A stretch of DNA of 64,000 nucleotides, from the NCBI GenBank assembly GCA_048772705.1, contig JBLWGC010000230.1:62001-126000 (forward strand), read 5' to 3'. Made by a program: the position numbers and the translations under genes. Each line of letters opens with the position of its first letter. The first letter of the stretch is position 1. Origin of the DNA: Leidyana gryllorum EB-2025a. Lineage: Eukaryota > Protista > Apicomplexa. The notes beneath the pieces are model-generated. The model saw nothing but the letters and a program-made list of their open reading frames with translations. It was not told where the DNA came from and did no database searches. Of this stretch, positions 59,323 to 64,000 are shown piece after piece.

Positions 59323-61120
59323 TTACATCGGGGACTGATAGACAGAGGAGGCCATGAGATCGCAATATTGAGCACCGTTCTGGGCTGACGACGACTCATC
59401 AGTGGTCCTCAGGTTCTGCAATTCCTCTTTAGCACCCCGTTCAATGTCATTCTGCGCCAATAACAACAAATCCAGCCATCACATCTCACCGACTCACCAT
59501 CATGTTATTGAGGAGAGGCGAGATTTCATTGTCACTAGCTAACTTCTCCAGTACGGCAAGTAATATTTCCATGCCTGCAGCGGCCTTGACGGCGTGCTTC
59601 TTATGTAATTGAGACTTCACTCGGTTGCCACTTGGTTCCACCAACCTCGGCATCTGGTTTGCGCTTTCCGTTGCCGTCCGCGCGGTTGCGGCCCTGCGAT
59701 AATGACACACACTCTCAAAAAGATCCGACCTCAAACACACTTACGAAGAGGGTTCTGCCAACGGCATGGCCAAAAATACGGCCAAACAGTCTCGCGGGGA
59801 CCTCACGGGGTTGCCCGGTATACAGCTTACGCATTTGGACACCGCCAGCCAATCGGGGCCGTGACTCTCTATAGCGTCGAATAGAATCGAGATTTGAGAT
59901 TCGCTCCAGTTTGACACCCCGCCGCTCAAGTGCAGAGCGGGAAGTGTCACCTTGAGCAGACTCTGGTTGTACGGTGCTTCGCGAGCACATTCGCAACACC
60001 ACACTGCAGGCTTCAGCTGAGGCAAAGGCAGTGCGCCTCCGTACACAGCGGGCGATAAGACGTAGAAAGAATAGAGACAGATCCGGTCGCAGCTGGTACA
60101 AGTGGGGGTGCGAGACCAATGAGATCTCAGCTCCTCCTTTAAGCGTTGACTCTGTAACGCAGTGCCACCAACGGCTGTGGCCCCATAGCTGGGACTCGCT
60201 GGCCGCAGAGCAAAGTTGACCAGTCGGTTACGTTCAAGAAAACTGAGAACTCGGATCAGAGCGGCCAAATCTCCATCTGTTAGATCACGACAAAGTCGAC
60301 AAATGTCCAATGTGCTGCCAATCTTACCGCAATATTTTCGGCACTCGGCCAGCGTAAGTCGAGTGAGGGGGTTCAATCTGTACGCATCGATGAGAGTATT
60401 ACGCAGCGCCACATAGGCGAGATTATCTCGGTCGCCTTCCTCGACTTGGGAACAGGCTTTGAGACCCGAAAAAGACACCTTTAATTCATCAACTTCCTCC
60501 TGTGATATACCCTGCGCCTGGAAACCGGGACAGGGAGGCATTGGTGGGGGAGGCTGGCCGGCTAAGGCCTCGCGCAACCGGGCCGTCTGTGAGCCAGTGG
60601 CCACAACAGGTACTCGAACCGACGGTTGGACCATGGGCTGCATTGGCATGACAGCTTGTGGCGGTACCCGCATCCTCTCGTCGCCCATTTCGACCGGCAT
60701 GGGGGTACGCTGAACAGTGGGGGTAGCTCCCTGTCCCGAGAACTGTTGGGTAAGGTGTTTTGGCGGTCGGCCTCGTCCCTTCACGGGAGGTGTGGGGGGT
60801 AAGGATGCTTCTGCCATAGCGGTATCATCTTCTAATACGGCTTCCTGCTCAGCTTTCACGTCCTCGTGTTTGAGCGCCGAAATCACGTCCTGTTTGACCG
60901 TTTCGGCTAACGAGGAGCCCATTACAGCCTGTACGTCCTCCTCTGCTACATCCGAGATGACGTCATCGGCACTTAGAGTCGGCATCTGGTCAGCAGCAGC
61001 ATCTAGAGGGCGAATCTCAGATACTCTAACATCTTCAATATCTCCGACTTGAGCGCTAGGCCGGCATGAAAAATGCACAAAAGTAGGTATTGCTTGCCCT
61101 TCAAGTGGTACTTGGGCCAT
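59323..61120 (-). CDS. SWI3: SWI3/SMARCC-type chromatin remodelling subunit (AT-hook, SWIRM, ZZ-like, SANT)
   Basis: KGRGRPPK, YVALRNTLIDAYRLNP..LTLAECR..GDLAALIRVLSFLERNRLVNF, CxxC pairs, WSESQISILFDAIESHGPDW..CLAVFLAMP. Confidence 0.82.
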
Positions 61121-61152
61121 TTCGAGTACCTTGAGCTAAAAAAAAAACAGAA
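61121..61152. promoter_or_regulatory. Putative minimal bidirectional promoter/initiator with A10 tract
   Basis: 32 nt between the SWI3 and SOF1 ATGs. Confidence 0.5.
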
Positions 61153-62906
61153 ATGAAGGTTAAGGTCCTGGCTCGGCCACCCGACCTCTATGCTGCTACC
61201 CACCAAGGGCAACGCAAGCCACTCTTTCGGAGTCATGACAAGCGTCTCCACCCCTTCGCTCAAGAGAGAGAATATCAAAGAGCTTTGGTAGCTGTCAAGA
61301 TGGATCGCATTTTCGCCAAGCCATTAGTCAATGTTTTTCATGGCCATCGCGATACCGTCACGGCTATGGCTCGCTGCCGACAAGCAGTCTACGATATGTT
61401 CACTGGAGCGGGTGATGGAGAGATTCGTTTCTGGAACCTAAGCAAAAAAGACTGTGTCCGCAGTGTTGCCGGTGCGCATGAAGGTGCCATCGAAGGATTG
61501 GCTCTGAGCAATGATGACAAATATCTCTTCTCATGCGGCCGCGATCACAAAGTCAAGCAATGGCCGGTGCAAAAGTACTTTGATATCCTACGTACTGACG
61601 ATAGCCAGATGGAGGATGGTGGAAATCTGATCAGAGATTCCGACTACTACGTCGACTCTGCCTTGAAGACAGAGGTCACCCCAGCTGCTGTCTTCACCAC
61701 CAGCGGGCCATTGACGGGTATCGATCATCACGAGGAGGCTTCACAGTTCGGTAAGTGGATTTCGACATCGAGCTTTGGGGCATTGGTTGCATTTCAGCCT
61801 GTTGCGGAGAAAAAGTTTATATATTCGATGAGAGACGCTCCAGCCCTTTGCACGAGTTCACATGGGGATGCGAGCATTTCTACTCTGTCCGCTGGTCACA
61901 ATCGGAACCGAATCTGTGTCTGGCCACTGCCGGAGACAACTCGGTGATGTTATTCGGTGAGTTCACTAAAAGAAGGGTGACTCTTTGAGACTTTTCGCCT
62001 ACGTTCAGATATTCGCCAAGCTGAAGGATTGCAAAAAGTCACATTGGATATGAGGTCGAATGCATCCGCCTGGAACCCAATGAAACCTTTCAACTTTGTG
62101 GTTGCCAATGAGGACTCGAATTTGTATACTTTCGATATTCGCAAGTTCACCAAAGCTCTTCGAATCCATCATGGCTTTGTCAACGCAGCGTAAGCGGTAC
62201 TTTGTCCTCAATAATGATATCTGATGATGGTGTTACAGACTGGATGTGGACTTTAGTCCCACGGGTCAGGACATCTGTGCGGGTTCTCACGATCAGACTG
62301 TCCGCATATGGAAAGAAGATCAGCCACGATCACGGGAGATGTACCACAATCGCCGACAGCAAATGTAAGTGTGCCGCCAAGTTGCACTCGTCAGAAACTA
62401 TTTCTCGTCTCACAGAGTCACGAGTACTCGCTTCAGCGGGGATGGCCGCTACGTGCTGAGTGGGTCTTCGGATATGAACATACGAGTGTGGAAGTCGAAT
62501 GCATCTGAGATTTTGGGACCCGTAAGTGACAAGATTGCTTTCCAAACGTCAACAATGTCTCGCCTCACAGAAAAACCGCCGTGAAACAGCTGCTGTGCTT
62601 TACCGCGAGAAGTTAAAGGAGCGATATGCGGAACACGCGGAGATCAAACGCATAGCCAATGGCCGCAAAGTACCGAGATTCATCAAACGTCGTGCTGAGA
62701 TGCGAGTCCAAGCGACTCAGAAGGAAAGCAAGAAGGAAGCCAACAGGCGGGCCCGAAGCGATCCGAGCGCCTCCACCAAGAAATTAAAGGAATCGATGAT
62801 CCGAACAGTCGAGGTGGAAGATGCTCCAATGAAACCAGGCAAAGGGCGTCGTGGCAGTAAGAAAAAGCAGCAGGTTGGGTCTGATGCCGAGGAGGGAGCT
62901 GAGTGA
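61153..62906 (+). CDS. DCAF13: WD40 protein SOF1/DCAF13, multi-exon
   Basis: MKVKVLAR..LHPFAQEREYQRALVAVKMDRIFAKP..GHRD, and C-terminal YREKLKERYAEHAEIKRIA. Confidence 0.95.
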
Positions 62907-62931
62907 CCACTTGTGTGTGGTGTAAGCTGCT

Positions 62932-64000
62932 ATGCACCTCGGTTTGTGGACATTGATAATCTGTGTGGGGCTCTCCCATTCAACCTCGGCGCCTCTACAG
63001 CCTCCATTGAGCATTGAGAATCCGGAGAGTTCCTCCTTCAAGCTTCAATTCGACGACAAATTACCGGAGCCCCGTACCGATGGCGATCACGTTCGTCTGC
63101 TCAAGTCTGTGAGCCATAATTGCCCTCTGAATGGCCTTCGTGACGCCACGTTGGCCAGCTTCAGTCGCCAGGGGTTCCGCCATAGTGTGAACCAGGATCG
63201 AAAAGCCATCAATTGTCTCGAATGGGCCCCCGACCCCAGTCCCCTCCTTCAGATGGTACTGGCAGACGGACACGGCGAGAACGGTGGCTCATTCTCGGTG
63301 GCGGCGGTTGAACGGTTCCCCGTCGAGTTTCGAAAGTATCTCCATAAGGGCCGAGATTGGGCGACCGCTGCACGAAGCGCCTTCGCGTCCGTCCACTATG
63401 GAGTTGTTGATCTCGTCTCCAATGGGGGCAACACGATATCAACGGTCAATCTTCTCGATCATCCAGATCTACCTGGGAGTCTGAAGCTCATGGGCATCAA
63501 CTTGGGGGACAGTCGAGCATCGCTCTTCTCTATACCGCGTGATCCGACCAAGTCAGCCTTGACGGTGAACTTGACTGTGGACTTTAATGTCAAAGATGAG
63601 TTTGCATCTGCCGCTGAAGTCATGATGCGGTTTGTGCGGTATGGCTACAAGCCGATCCAACGGGTGCAAGGGCGGAGCTCGTGTACCATCGATGTGAACA
63701 ACAGCACGGCATTAGCCGAAGCAATAATTAGACGAGTGGATTTCCCCATTATCTTCGTTCCCCACTTTGTACAGTATGACTGGGATGTTCATGACTACTG
63801 TCGTTTTCTACCTCCCATCTCACAACCCTTCGTGTGCCACGAGCATCCTTCTCTGAAACCTCTATCCGATGTGCTACCAAAACCATTCCGCCGATTTGGA
63901 TACATGAGCAGGAATCACTGGGGCTTCATGATGGACTCCGACCCCTTACCACTCGTCTTGGAGGAGCCTCCTGCCGACGTAGGAGGGCCGCCAATAACGC
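62932..64000 (+). CDS. PP2C/PPM family phosphatase with signal peptide (runs off window end; not in ORF track)
   Basis: Manual translation gives MHLGLWTLIICVGLSHS.., QGFRHSVNQD, LADGHG, GGNT, NLGDSRA, LTVD. Frame stays open to 64000. Confidence 0.82.
   Translation, partial: MHLGLWTLIICVGLSHSTSAPLQPPLSIENPESSSFKLQFDDKLPEPRTDGDHVRLLKSVSHNCPLNGLRDATLASFSRQGFRHSVNQDRKAINCLEWAPDPSPLLQMVLADGHGENGGSFSVAAVERFPVEFRKYLHKGRDWATAARSAFASVHYGVVDLVSNGGNTISTVNLLDHPDLPGSLKLMGINLGDSRASLFSIPRDPTKSALTVNLTVDFNVKDEFASAAEVMMRFVRYGYKPIQRVQGRSSCTIDVNNSTALAEAIIRRVDFPIIFVPHFVQYDWDVHDYCRFLPPISQPFVCHEHPSLKPLSDVLPKPFRRFGYMSRNHWGFMMDSDPLPLVLEEPPADVGGPPIT

Noticed and set aside
1-64000. CRISPR arrays, tRNA/rRNA genes, prokaryotic operons or defence systems
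   Set aside because: None recognised by eye; the DNA is intron-containing eukaryotic sequence. tRNAscan/Rfam were not run.

Overview
Eukaryotic, extremely gene-dense DNA (~50-55% GC by eye, standard code, many short GT-AG introns, mostly ~40-55 nt). A clear GAP40 glideosome gene points to an apicomplexan, probably gregarine-like (inference). About 38 protein genes are packed with tiny gaps. Housekeeping genes: STX16, UTP15, RPL27A, HAS1, RPS12, POLA1, LIN1/CD2BP2, zeta-COP, RCHY1, NAA15, SWI3, SOF1. Sexual-cycle candidates: GEX1/KAR5 and ZIP4/SPO22. Also two tandem Branch/GT14-like glycosyltransferases, a three-gene secreted family and a signal-peptide PP2C. The most striking item is a stand-alone Ty3/Gypsy-type Gag (capsid + CCHC knuckle, no pol, no LTR) with an upstream intron-containing Gag-like ORF, wedged between housekeeping genes: a candidate domesticated capsid system. 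Other items: a candidate eIF4E-motif + PAM2 adaptor, divergent ATG pairs only 19-34 nt apart around poly(dA:dT) tracts, and two orphan ORFs sharing a synonymously diverged peptide. All family calls come from motif recognition by eye, not database searches. Exon boundaries were inferred manually.
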